Shown: one piece after another, positions 34,922-43,683 of the stretch | Numbering within the stretch: the first letter of the stretch is position 1 | Layout: every line of letters begins with the position of its first letter | Assembly: GCA_031276515.1 (NCBI GenBank) | Contig: JAISMX010000118.1 | Span: forward strand, 1 to 45,377 | DNA from: Eubacteriales Family XIII. Incertae Sedis bacterium | GTDB lineage: Bacteria > Bacillota > Clostridia > Peptostreptococcales > Anaerovoracaceae | Direction: 5' to 3' | DNA length: 45,377 nucleotides | Notes under the pieces: generated by a model | Database searches by the model: none | The model's input: the letters and a program-made list of their open reading frames with translations, nothing else | Told to the model about the DNA's origin: nothing | Program-made: the position numbers and the translations under genes

Positions 34922-35976
34922 ACGGAAAAATGAAGGCAGTACTGAAAAAGAATTTGCTTCCCGGGCTGAATGTGGAAGAAATACCCATTCCCGAAATAGG
35001 CGAAGGGGAAGTTTTGATCAAGGTCAGAGCGGCCGGCATTTGCGGTTCCGACGTGCATATGTTTGAAGGGGCGGACAGCTATAAGGTGTTTGAAAAATTC
35101 ATGCCGCTGGTTATGGGGCATGAGTTCTGCGGCGACGTCTGCGATGTGGGTTCCGCCGTCAAAGCGGTCCGTCCCGGCGACAGGGTCGTCAGCCGTGTGG
35201 CGGCGTCGTGCGGAGATTGCCGGTATTGCCGCAGCGATCGAATGCACTTTTGTTCCGTGGCGTTCACGCGCATTTTGGGTTTGCAGAAAAACGGCGGATT
35301 TGCCGAATACGTCGCGGTTTCCGAAGAAAGCTGCATCCTCCTGCCGGACGCGATCGGTTACGAATTGGGTGCGCTTATCGAACCGCTCGGCGTAACCGGA
35401 AACGCGGTGAACGATTCGGGACTTACGTTGGGGGAAACGGTTGTGATCCAAGGACCGGGACCCATAGGGCTGCTCACTCTGCTGCATGCAAAAGCGCGCG
35501 GCGCCGGAAAATGCATTGTCGTCGGAACCAAAAATGACAGCTTCCGTCTGCGCAAGGCCAAGGAATTCGACGCGGATCACATTGTCGTCGCGGACGAAGA
35601 GGATCCGGTAAACGCGGTGCGGGAGCTTACGGGGGGCTATGGAGCGGATGTCGTATTCGAAGCTTCCGGCGTACCGCAATTGTTGCAGACCGCATTGGAT
35701 ATGTGCGACAAGACCGGACGCGTGGTGGTCGAGGGCATTTACGGCTCCCCCGGAACGATAGATTTCACGCCGATGGTGCGCAGCGCGAAGAAGCTTCTGG
35801 GTACCTACGGGGGTCCCATAGCCTGGGATCGCATGATCGCTTGGTTGAGCGCGGATTCCCGGTACGCAAAGCTGCCGTTGAGCGTAATAACGCACAGAAG
35901 CAAGCTCGAAGACGCCGAGGCGGCTTTCAAACGCAGCGTAAAGAAAGAAAACATCAAAGAATTGTTCATTCTATGA
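34918..35976 (+). CDS. Zinc-dependent medium-chain alcohol/polyol dehydrogenase
   Basis: Motifs are GICGSDVH, GHEFCG, the structural-zinc motif CGDCRYCRSDRMHFC, and the Rossmann motif GPGPIG. It has an ATGA overlap with the upstream gene. Confidence 0.85.
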   Translation: MNGKMKAVLKKNLLPGLNVEEIPIPEIGEGEVLIKVRAAGICGSDVHMFEGADSYKVFEKFMPLVMGHEFCGDVCDVGSAVKAVRPGDRVVSRVAASCGDCRYCRSDRMHFCSVAFTRILGLQKNGGFAEYVAVSEESCILLPDAIGYELGALIEPLGVTGNAVNDSGLTLGETVVIQGPGPIGLLTLLHAKARGAGKCIVVGTKNDSFRLRKAKEFDADHIVVADEEDPVNAVRELTGGYGADVVFEASGVPQLLQTALDMCDKTGRVVVEGIYGSPGTIDFTPMVRSAKKLLGTYGGPIAWDRMIAWLSADSRYAKLPLSVITHRSKLEDAEAAFKRSVKKENIKELFIL

Positions 35977-36004
35977 CACCCCCCAATAGAGAGGAGAATC
36001 GCAC

Positions 36005-37711
36005 ATGGAGAAGAAAGCGTCTGTTTCGGCCAGAATCGCGCTCGCGTTGAAGCGGCACGGTGTGACCGAAATCTTTGGACAAAGCAATCCGCCGACCGTG
36101 CTCTTGGCGGCGGAAAGCATGGGCATTCGTCAGATCGGATATCGTCAGGAGAATGCGGGAACCTACATGGCGCAGGCTTATGGCATGTGTTCGGGACGCG
36201 TGCCGGTAATCGCCGCGCAAAACGGTCCCGCGGCGACGCTGATCGTTCCCGGTTTGGCCGAATGTCTGAAAGCCTCGCATCCGATCGTTGCGGTTGTGCA
36301 GGACGTGGATTCCAATACGGTTGATCGAAACGCTTTTCAGGAATTGGATCATCTCAAGCTGTTCGAGGGCGTGTCTAAGTGGGTCAAGCGCATCTCGAAC
36401 GTGAACAGGGTCGAAGATTTTGTGGACATGGCTTTCGTGGCGGCCTCGTCCGGGCGCCCGGGTCCGGCCGTGTTGCTGTGTCCCACGGACATGATTTTCA
36501 GTCCCGTCGAAACAGCCATCGACGAAAACCGCAATATTGCTTACGGCTATTATCCGCTGGATCGCGTCGGCGCGGATCCGGACGCGATAAAGAAAGCCGC
36601 GCGCTTGCTTGCGTCGGCCAAACATCCCTTCATCTATGCCGGCGGCGGCGTCCTGTCTTCCCGCGCCGGCGCGGAATTGCGCGCTTTGCAAGAAGAATGT
36701 TCCATACCCGTGGCCAACAGCACGATGGGAAAGGGCTGCGTGGACGACGGACACCCGCTTTCGATGGGGACCATAGGATATTATATGGGACATCGCGGCG
36801 CGGCGAAATTTATGAGGCCCATGATCGACGAAGCGGATGTCATCCTTTTGCTGGGCAATCGCACCAATCAAAACGGAACCGACGCTTGGACTTTGCTGCC
36901 GAGAAACGCGCAATACATTCACATCGATATCGATCCCATGGAAATCGGACGAAATTACGAATCGCTGCGAATTGTGGGAGACGCGAAGCTTGCGTTGGCG
37001 CAGTTGAAAGAAGCCTTGCTGAAGGAAGATGTCTCCGTCCGCAAGGGGGCGCGCGCCGAAGCGGAAAATCGAATAGCGGAGGCCAGGGCCGCGCACAAGC
37101 GAGAAGCCAAGGAAGTGCGCGAGTCGGACGCTTCGCCCATACGCGTGGAACGTTTCCTGGCGGAAGCGGAAAAGCTGTTTGACGACGACCACATAATCGT
37201 CGCGGACGCCAGCCTGTCGTCCGTGTGGTTGGCAAATTATATAAGCGCTTCAAAAAACCGCAAATTTATTTTTCCGCGCGGCATAGCGGGACTCGGTTGG
37301 GGTCTGCCAATGGCCATGGGAGCGAAGCTTGCTCAACCGGACAAGAAAGTGTTTTGTTTGGTCGGAGACGGCGGTTTTGCCCATGTGTGGAGTGAACTTG
37401 AGACGTGCAAACGCGAGAAGATCGATGTCTGTCTTGCCGTCATCAACAACGAGATATTGGCATATCAAAAACACGCGGAGCGCGCGCTGTTGGGCGCGAG
37501 CACATCGGCCTGCGATCTCGGCGCCGTAAATCACGCCATGATAGCGAATGCTTGCGGCATAAAAGCGATTCGAATCTCGCAAGCCTCGGAAATCGCGGGC
37601 GCACTGACCGAAGCTTTTGCGCATGACGGCTCGGTCGTCCTCGATGTGATCATGGAGCCGAACTGCATTCCGCCCATACCGTTTATGGGGAAATTGGAGC
37701 CCGGCATATAG
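36005..37711 (+). CDS. Thiamine-diphosphate-dependent enzyme (acetolactate-synthase-like family)
   Basis: 568 aa. The ThDP motif is LVGDGGFAHVWSELET...VINNE. Confidence 0.8.
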   Translation: MEKKASVSARIALALKRHGVTEIFGQSNPPTVLLAAESMGIRQIGYRQENAGTYMAQAYGMCSGRVPVIAAQNGPAATLIVPGLAECLKASHPIVAVVQDVDSNTVDRNAFQELDHLKLFEGVSKWVKRISNVNRVEDFVDMAFVAASSGRPGPAVLLCPTDMIFSPVETAIDENRNIAYGYYPLDRVGADPDAIKKAARLLASAKHPFIYAGGGVLSSRAGAELRALQEECSIPVANSTMGKGCVDDGHPLSMGTIGYYMGHRGAAKFMRPMIDEADVILLLGNRTNQNGTDAWTLLPRNAQYIHIDIDPMEIGRNYESLRIVGDAKLALAQLKEALLKEDVSVRKGARAEAENRIAEARAAHKREAKEVRESDASPIRVERFLAEAEKLFDDDHIIVADASLSSVWLANYISASKNRKFIFPRGIAGLGWGLPMAMGAKLAQPDKKVFCLVGDGGFAHVWSELETCKREKIDVCLAVINNEILAYQKHAERALLGASTSACDLGAVNHAMIANACGIKAIRISQASEIAGALTEAFAHDGSVVLDVIMEPNCIPPIPFMGKLEPGI

Positions 37712-37753
37712 AAATCCGGTCTTTCCCCGATTGTTTTCCGCAAAAGAAAAAAC

Positions 37754-37797
37754 AAAGCCCTTTGGACTTCGTTTGGATGTTCAAAGGGCTTTTTTTG
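37754..37797 (+). terminator. Rho-independent terminator of the SDR-PTE-ADH-ThDP operon
   Basis: The stem AAAGCCCTTTG / CAAAGGGCTTT is followed by a T run. Confidence 0.65.
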
Positions 37798-37822
37798 TCG
37801 CGGCGCGCGAGTGGTTGTGATT

Positions 37823-37892
37823 CCAAACAGGTGTGCGGCGGCGTCGCGCGGTTTTGATGCCAAACAGGTGTGCGGCGGCGTCGCGCGGTTTT
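37823..37892. repeat. 37-bp tandem duplication (2 copies)
   Basis: CCAAACAGGTGTGCGGCGGCGTCGCGCGGTTTT occurs at 37823-37855 and again at 37860-37892. Confidence 0.85.
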
Positions 37893-38659
37893 TATCTGAG
37901 CAGTCGATACAGAGCGTATTGATTGTCGATTCCCAGCTTTCTGTATATATTGCAGACGTGTGTCCGCACAGTGTTAATGCTGATGAATAAACCGTCCGCC
38001 GTCTCCTGATAGCTTTTTCCGTCCGCCAATGAATGCGCGACATGCAACTCCCTTTCGGACAAGCCCAAACATTTTGTCCGCGCAAAGCGATCCGGATCTC
38101 TCATTGTTTCCGCGGCGCCGAGATTTGCGGGAGCGCCGGCCTCGACGGATGGATGCCGCTTTCGAATCAAGGAGGCCAGAAGCTCCATCGCGTCGCATTC
38201 TTCCGCGGAAAAATCGACGGCGGCATTCTCTTTGTAAACGGTGAGCCTGTATTTGTCTATGGGCATGGACAAAGCCCACGCGTATCCGTAATGCCTGATG
38301 AAGCGGGAATACTCGTTGGAAAAGCAGTTGTCGGCGAATACCTTGCCCGATTGCAAGAAAGGAATGGTCGGATTTTCTTCGCACACGCGGCCGATATGCG
38401 CGGCGAAGGGATCCCTTTGCTGAAAATTCCGGACGTAATGCGCTTTCATCATGGAGATGTCTTCGCCGCCGACGGCCAGCACTCCGTCAAATTTTTGGCG
38501 AAACGTATAACTCGACATGGTTACGGTCGTAAAGCCAAAGCATTTCTTGACGAGATGCAGCAGAGGCTCGCGCATAACGTTTTTCTCGGAGCGGCAGAGA
38601 CGTTCAAATTCCAAAGTAAAGAGAGTAAAATTCCGGAAACCGATCGCACATTTCGCCAT
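37892..38659 (-). CDS. LuxR-family (GerE-type HTH) transcriptional regulator with ~190-aa N-terminal ligand-type domain
   Basis: The start MAKCAIGF follows GGGAGG. The C-terminal HTH is LSERELHVAHSLADGKSYQETADGLFISINTVRTHVCNIYRKLGI. Confidence 0.8.
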   Translation of the reverse strand: MAKCAIGFRNFTLFTLEFERLCRSEKNVMREPLLHLVKKCFGFTTVTMSSYTFRQKFDGVLAVGGEDISMMKAHYVRNFQQRDPFAAHIGRVCEENPTIPFLQSGKVFADNCFSNEYSRFIRHYGYAWALSMPIDKYRLTVYKENAAVDFSAEECDAMELLASLIRKRHPSVEAGAPANLGAAETMRDPDRFARTKCLGLSERELHVAHSLADGKSYQETADGLFISINTVRTHVCNIYRKLGIDNQYALYRLLR

Positions 38660-38952
38660 TTTGAAACCTCCCGATACATCCGTTAACGAGTGGTTTGGCT
38701 TCTCCGGGAGAATTCTCCTCCGCAATCAGAATTATAACATGGTTTTTGTCGAAATTGCAAGAAAGTTTTGACTTGCGCCCGCGCGGCCCGATACGCTCCG
38801 ATACGCCGGTGGATTGCCGGTAGATTGTTGTTGCAAAGGGATAACAAAAAGTGCATAATATAGATATACGGTTTCAATATTGGCTTAAAATTTATTCGAG
38901 AGCGGCCGGTTTCACGGATCCCGTCGCCTTTGAAACATATTCGGGAGACTTT

Positions 38953-40086
38953 ATGCAAACGCCAAATGTCAGATCGAAATCCACGGCGGCCGTGGTCGTT
39001 TCGATTTTACAATTCGTAGCGGTAATACCCATCGTCATTATATATATTTCAACATATGTGACCTTGGCGATTTTGCGAGAGGGTTTTCTCGGAATGGGCA
39101 ATTACGACGGAACGTGGATTGCGGTTTCCTGCGCGTATGTCTGCGCGTTCATGATCTTCTACGGGATCAGGAGGTTGCGGCTCGCCGGAAACGCCAAGAG
39201 CATCACGCAGATGGCGCGCAACGCTTATGGCGGACGGATTCCTCTCGAAACGGCCGCGCGGAATCTCGGAAAACCGCTCAAGCGCCTCTATTCCGATATA
39301 GGCCGCATGTTCGCGCTGCGCTATATCACGGGCGCGTCCGTGGACGCGGAGCGAAAAGAGATCGTTTTCGACTACGCCGCGGCGCCCAAGGATGAAGTCG
39401 AGAGCGGCGTGATCCTTGCCGAAACGAACGATTTCAGCGCCGCTCCCGCGGTGATTTTCATAGGCATATGGCTCAACGCCTACACCTTCCTCCAGTTGAC
39501 GAATATGCGGAATTTGCTTGCGGTCGCGGCGGCTTCGATAGGAGGCGCGGTCATATCCTTCGTTCTGATTCCCAAAAGCAAGCGCTTGGTTGAATCCGAG
39601 AAACCCGTGGACCAAGTGCTTTTGCAAAGCAGCGGCGACGCGGAATTCGATGAAAAGATGAACGCCGCCTTCGCGCAGTCGCTGGAGCTCAAAAAGCTGA
39701 GCAAACGCCTTTCCGGCTCGAAGATCGGGACGCAGCTCCCGGTGATCGGAGACACGGCGAATGAGATACTCGTTTATTTAAAGGCAAACAACAAAAACCT
39801 TAAAAATTCAAGGCAATTCATCGCGTACTATCTGCCGACGAGCGTCAAGCTTTTCAATGAATACGCCCAATTGGCGGAACAGTCCGTGAAGACGGATAAC
39901 ATTGTCGCGTCGATGGAGCGCATCGAAGCGTTCACGGAAAGAATCCGAGAAATTTTCAAAAATGAGCTCAACAACCTCTATGAGAACAAGACCGAAGACA
40001 TTACGGCGGAAATATCGGTAATGCAGAGCATGATACAGGGCAGTTTGGGCGTCGGCGCCGAAAAAGCGCCGGACGATGCGGAATGA
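38953..40086 (+). CDS. xpaC: XpaC-like (5-bromo-4-chloroindolyl phosphate hydrolysis protein family) membrane protein
   Basis: It has two N-terminal and two central TM segments and a C-terminal helical domain (QFIAYYLPTSVKLFNEYAQL...). It sits directly upstream of telA, as in Bacillus xpaC-yaaN. Confidence 0.6.
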   Translation: MQTPNVRSKSTAAVVVSILQFVAVIPIVIIYISTYVTLAILREGFLGMGNYDGTWIAVSCAYVCAFMIFYGIRRLRLAGNAKSITQMARNAYGGRIPLETAARNLGKPLKRLYSDIGRMFALRYITGASVDAERKEIVFDYAAAPKDEVESGVILAETNDFSAAPAVIFIGIWLNAYTFLQLTNMRNLLAVAAASIGGAVISFVLIPKSKRLVESEKPVDQVLLQSSGDAEFDEKMNAAFAQSLELKKLSKRLSGSKIGTQLPVIGDTANEILVYLKANNKNLKNSRQFIAYYLPTSVKLFNEYAQLAEQSVKTDNIVASMERIEAFTERIREIFKNELNNLYENKTEDITAEISVMQSMIQGSLGVGAEKAPDDAE

Positions 40087-40099
40087 AAGGTGGTTTGCC

Positions 40100-41245
40100 A
40101 TGAGCGAGAAAGAAATGCCGATTCTTACATTGGATTCCTTTGCGAAAGCGGAGACGGAAAATTCCGCGGCGAATGCGGCCGCGACCGGCGCCGCGGCGCC
40201 GGTTATGCCGGAAAATCCGCTGTCCGAGCGTGAAATGGCCGCCGTGCGCGAATTCGCGGACAAGATAAACATTTACAATTCGTCCGAGATAATCAATTAC
40301 GGCTCGGCCGCGCAGACAAAGATGCGCTCGTTTTCGGAAAACGCGCTCGATAAGGTGCGCACCAAGGACATGGACGAAATAGGCGGCATGATCGTGAACC
40401 TCGTCGGCGAGCTGCGCGGCGTTTCCGAAACGGACAAGAAAGGCGGCGGGCTGTTCGGCATTTTCAAGAAGGCGGGCGATTCGGTCGCGCAGATGAAGGC
40501 GAATTACGCCACAGTGGAGAAAAACGTCGACAGAATCGTGGAATCGCTCGAAAAGCATAAGCTGTCGCTGATGAAGGACATCGCGGTCATGGACCAACTC
40601 TACGAGAAGAATCTCGAATACTATAAAGAGTTGACCATGTACATCCTGGCCGGCAAGGTGAAGCTGGAACGGCTTAAAACGACGGAGCTGCCGGAATTGC
40701 TGCGGAAGGCCGAGGTGAGCGGAGAGCAGACCGACGCGCAGGCCGCAAAGAATCTGTCGGAGCTGTGCGACAGGTTTGAAAAAAAGATATACGATCTCGA
40801 GCTCACGCGGACGATTACGATGCAGATGGCGCCGCAGATTCGCATGGTTCAGGATGCGGACAGCACGATGGTCGATAAGATTCACTCGTCGATCGTGAAC
40901 ACGATACCTCTGTGGAAGAACCAGCTTGTGATTTCCCTTGGACTCGCGCACACGAGGAGCGCGATGGAGGCCCAGCGCCGCGTGTCCGACACGACCAACG
41001 AGCTCTTGAAAAAGAACGCGGATCTGCTGAAAACGGGTACGGTCGAAGCCGCCAAGGAAGCGGAGCGCGGCATCGTGGACATCGAAACGCTGCGCTACAC
41101 GAACGAATCCTTGATCAGTACGCTCGACGAGGTTCTGGAAATCCGGCGGGAAGGAAAGCAAAAGCGCGTCGCCGCCGAGCAAGAGCTGCGGGAAATAGAA
41201 AGCGCGCTCAAAGAAAAACTGCTAAAAATCAGCCGAGACGCGTAA
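40100..41245 (+). CDS. telA: TelA/YaaN-family toxic-anion-resistance protein
   Basis: 381 aa and all-helical. Family-typical segments are IINYGSAAQ..M..FSE, VDKIHSSIVNTIPLWKNQ and NADLLK. Confidence 0.75.
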   Translation: MSEKEMPILTLDSFAKAETENSAANAAATGAAAPVMPENPLSEREMAAVREFADKINIYNSSEIINYGSAAQTKMRSFSENALDKVRTKDMDEIGGMIVNLVGELRGVSETDKKGGGLFGIFKKAGDSVAQMKANYATVEKNVDRIVESLEKHKLSLMKDIAVMDQLYEKNLEYYKELTMYILAGKVKLERLKTTELPELLRKAEVSGEQTDAQAAKNLSELCDRFEKKIYDLELTRTITMQMAPQIRMVQDADSTMVDKIHSSIVNTIPLWKNQLVISLGLAHTRSAMEAQRRVSDTTNELLKKNADLLKTGTVEAAKEAERGIVDIETLRYTNESLISTLDEVLEIRREGKQKRVAAEQELREIESALKEKLLKISRDA

Positions 41246-41315
41246 ATATAGTTGCCGCTCGGCTATTTAAATCAAAACCACGCACACGCCGCGCAAAAAA
41301 AGGAGAAACCGGCAC

Positions 41316-42413
41316 ATGGAATTCGACAGGCGCATATACAATTTTTCCGCGGGACCGTCCATGCTCCCGCAAGAGGTTCTGGAAAAAGTGCGGAACGAGC
41401 TCTTGAACTATGGCGGCAGCGGCATGTCCGTCATGGAGATGAGCCACCGCTCGGGAACGTATCAACGCATCATAGACGAGGCGGAGGCCAATCTGCGGGA
41501 GCTGCTCGAAATCCCGGACGACTACAAGGTGCTGTTCTTGCAGGGCGGCGCGACCCTTCAATTCTCGATGGTTCCGATCAATCTGCTCCGCGCGTCGCGA
41601 AAGGCCGACTACGTGCTGACGGGTTCGTGGGCGGAAAAGGCCGCGCAGGAGGCGGGGAAGTTCGGCGACATACGCGTGGCGGCCTCGTCGAAGGAGGCCA
41701 AATTCTCCTATGTGCCGAAGCTGTCGCGCGCGGATTTCAGGCCCGACGCCGACTACGTCCACATCACGATGAACAACACGATCTACGGGCTGCGCTACAA
41801 TTGCGTGCCGGACACGGGCGGCGCTCCGCTCGTCTGCGATTGGTCGTCCGGCATACTGTCGGAGCGCGTCGACATCGGCAAATTCGGCCTGATCTACGCG
41901 GGCGCACAGAAGAACATCGCGCCGGCCGGCCTGACCATCGTCATCGTGCGCGCGGATCTGATCGGCTTCGCGCCCAAGGACGCGCCCATCTACCTCGATT
42001 ACGGGATTCACGCGAACAACGGCTCCATGTACAACACGCCGCCCGCCTTCACGATCTACGTCGCGGGCGAGGTGTTCAAGCACCTCAAGGCGAGCGGAGG
42101 CGTCACCGCGCAGGAGAGGCGAAATCGCGAGAAAGCCGGCAAGCTCTACGATTACATAGACGGCAGCCGCCTGTACCGCGCGCCGGTCGCGAAGGAGGAT
42201 CGCTCGCTGATGAACGTCGTGTTCGTGACGGGCGACGAGGCTCTGGACAAGAAATTCGTCGCGGAAGCGCGCGCGGAGGGGCTTGCGGAGTTGAACGGCC
42301 ATCGCTCGATAGGCGGGATGCGCGCGAGCGTCTACAACGCCATGCCGCCGGAGGGCGTGGACGCGCTGATCGACTTCATGCGGCGCTTCGAGCGCGACAA
42401 TGCGCGGGCGTGA
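41316..42413 (+). CDS. serC: 3-phosphoserine/phosphohydroxythreonine aminotransferase
   Basis: Motifs are NFSAGPSMLPQEVL, SVMEMSHRS and YAGAQKNIAPAGLT (PLP lysine). Confidence 0.9.
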   Translation: MEFDRRIYNFSAGPSMLPQEVLEKVRNELLNYGGSGMSVMEMSHRSGTYQRIIDEAEANLRELLEIPDDYKVLFLQGGATLQFSMVPINLLRASRKADYVLTGSWAEKAAQEAGKFGDIRVAASSKEAKFSYVPKLSRADFRPDADYVHITMNNTIYGLRYNCVPDTGGAPLVCDWSSGILSERVDIGKFGLIYAGAQKNIAPAGLTIVIVRADLIGFAPKDAPIYLDYGIHANNGSMYNTPPAFTIYVAGEVFKHLKASGGVTAQERRNREKAGKLYDYIDGSRLYRAPVAKEDRSLMNVVFVTGDEALDKKFVAEARAEGLAELNGHRSIGGMRASVYNAMPPEGVDALIDFMRRFERDNARA

Positions 42414-42465
42414 ATTGGGAATTGAAAAATTGAAAAATTGAGAATTTGGAATTAAGAGGAATTTT

Positions 42466-43683
42466 ATGAAGTATTTGATACTGGTACCCGACGGCTGCGC
42501 CGACAGACCCGTGCGGGAGTTGAACGGCAAGACGCCGCTCGAAGTTGCGGAGATGCGGCATATAAACGCAATCGCGCGGATTTCCGAGGTGGGCGCGGTC
42601 AAGACCATACCGGAGGGCATGAAGCCCGGCAGCGACGCGGCGAATCTGGCCGTGATGGGCTTCGATCCCGCCGTGTATCTGACGGGACGCTCTCCGCTCG
42701 AAGCCGTGAGCATGGGCATAGACATGTCGGACACGGACGTGGCGTTCCGGACGAATCTGGTCACGCTCGAAGGCGAAGGCGCTTACGAGGATCTGATCAT
42801 AAAGGATCACAGCGCGGGCGATATACCGAGCGAGCAGGGGAGGGAGCTGATCGCCGCCGTCGAGGAGCGGCTCGGCGGCGGCGCCATCCACTTTTATCCG
42901 GGCGTCAGCTACCGCCACGCCATGATCGTGGATCGCGGAAAGACGCACTGCGTTTTGACGCCGCCGCACGACGTTCTGACGCGCAGGGTGGGCGACCATC
43001 TGCCCCGAGGCGAGGGCGCGGAGGAAATCGAAGGCCTGATGCGCGCGAGCCACGCGCTGCTGCGAGAGCATCCCATCAACGTCGCGCGGCTGCGCGCCGG
43101 GCTCAATCCCGCCAATTCCATCTGGATATGGGGACAGGGCAAAAAGCCGATGCTGCCCTCGTTTTACGAGAAATACGGCATACGCGGCGCCATCGTGGCC
43201 GCCGTCGATCTGATCAAGGGCATAGGACTCTGCGCGGGGCTTTCCGCGCGCGACATTCCGGGCGCCACGGGTACGCTGCTGACGAACTTCGCCGGGAAGG
43301 CGGAGGGCGCCATAGCGGAATTCCGCTCGGGGAAGGATTTTGTGTACATCCACGTGGAAGCCCCGGACGAATGCGGACATCAGGGCGACCTTCCGGGCAA
43401 GATCGAATCCATGCGCCGCATCGACGAAGACGTCTTCGCGCCGGTGCTGGAATACCTGCGCGGCTGCGGCGAGCCGTATCGCGTGCTGGTGCTCCCCGAT
43501 CACAGGACACCCATCGAAATCAGGACGCATTCCTTGGAACCCGTGCCGTACCTGTTTTTCGACAGCGAAAATCCCCTGCCCACCGATGCGGACAAGGCTT
43601 TTTCCGAGGCGGCGGGGGAGAGGGGGGCATGCTTGGATAGCGGCCCCGCGCTGGCGGCCCGGTTTTTCGGAGGATCCCGGTGA
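42466..43683 (+). CDS. ApgM-type cofactor-independent phosphoglycerate-mutase-family protein (family also proposed as alternative homoserine kinase)
   Basis: Motifs are MKYLILVPDGCADRP, HVEAPDECGHQGD and LVLPDHRTP. Confidence 0.8.
   Translation: MKYLILVPDGCADRPVRELNGKTPLEVAEMRHINAIARISEVGAVKTIPEGMKPGSDAANLAVMGFDPAVYLTGRSPLEAVSMGIDMSDTDVAFRTNLVTLEGEGAYEDLIIKDHSAGDIPSEQGRELIAAVEERLGGGAIHFYPGVSYRHAMIVDRGKTHCVLTPPHDVLTRRVGDHLPRGEGAEEIEGLMRASHALLREHPINVARLRAGLNPANSIWIWGQGKKPMLPSFYEKYGIRGAIVAAVDLIKGIGLCAGLSARDIPGATGTLLTNFAGKAEGAIAEFRSGKDFVYIHVEAPDECGHQGDLPGKIESMRRIDEDVFAPVLEYLRGCGEPYRVLVLPDHRTPIEIRTHSLEPVPYLFFDSENPLPTDADKAFSEAAGERGACLDSGPALAARFFGGSR

Noticed and set aside
37823-37892. The tandem 33-nt repeat, considered as a mini-CRISPR array.
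   Set aside because: There are only two copies, separated by 4 nt, so there are no spacers. The repeat has no palindromic character and no cas genes lie nearby.
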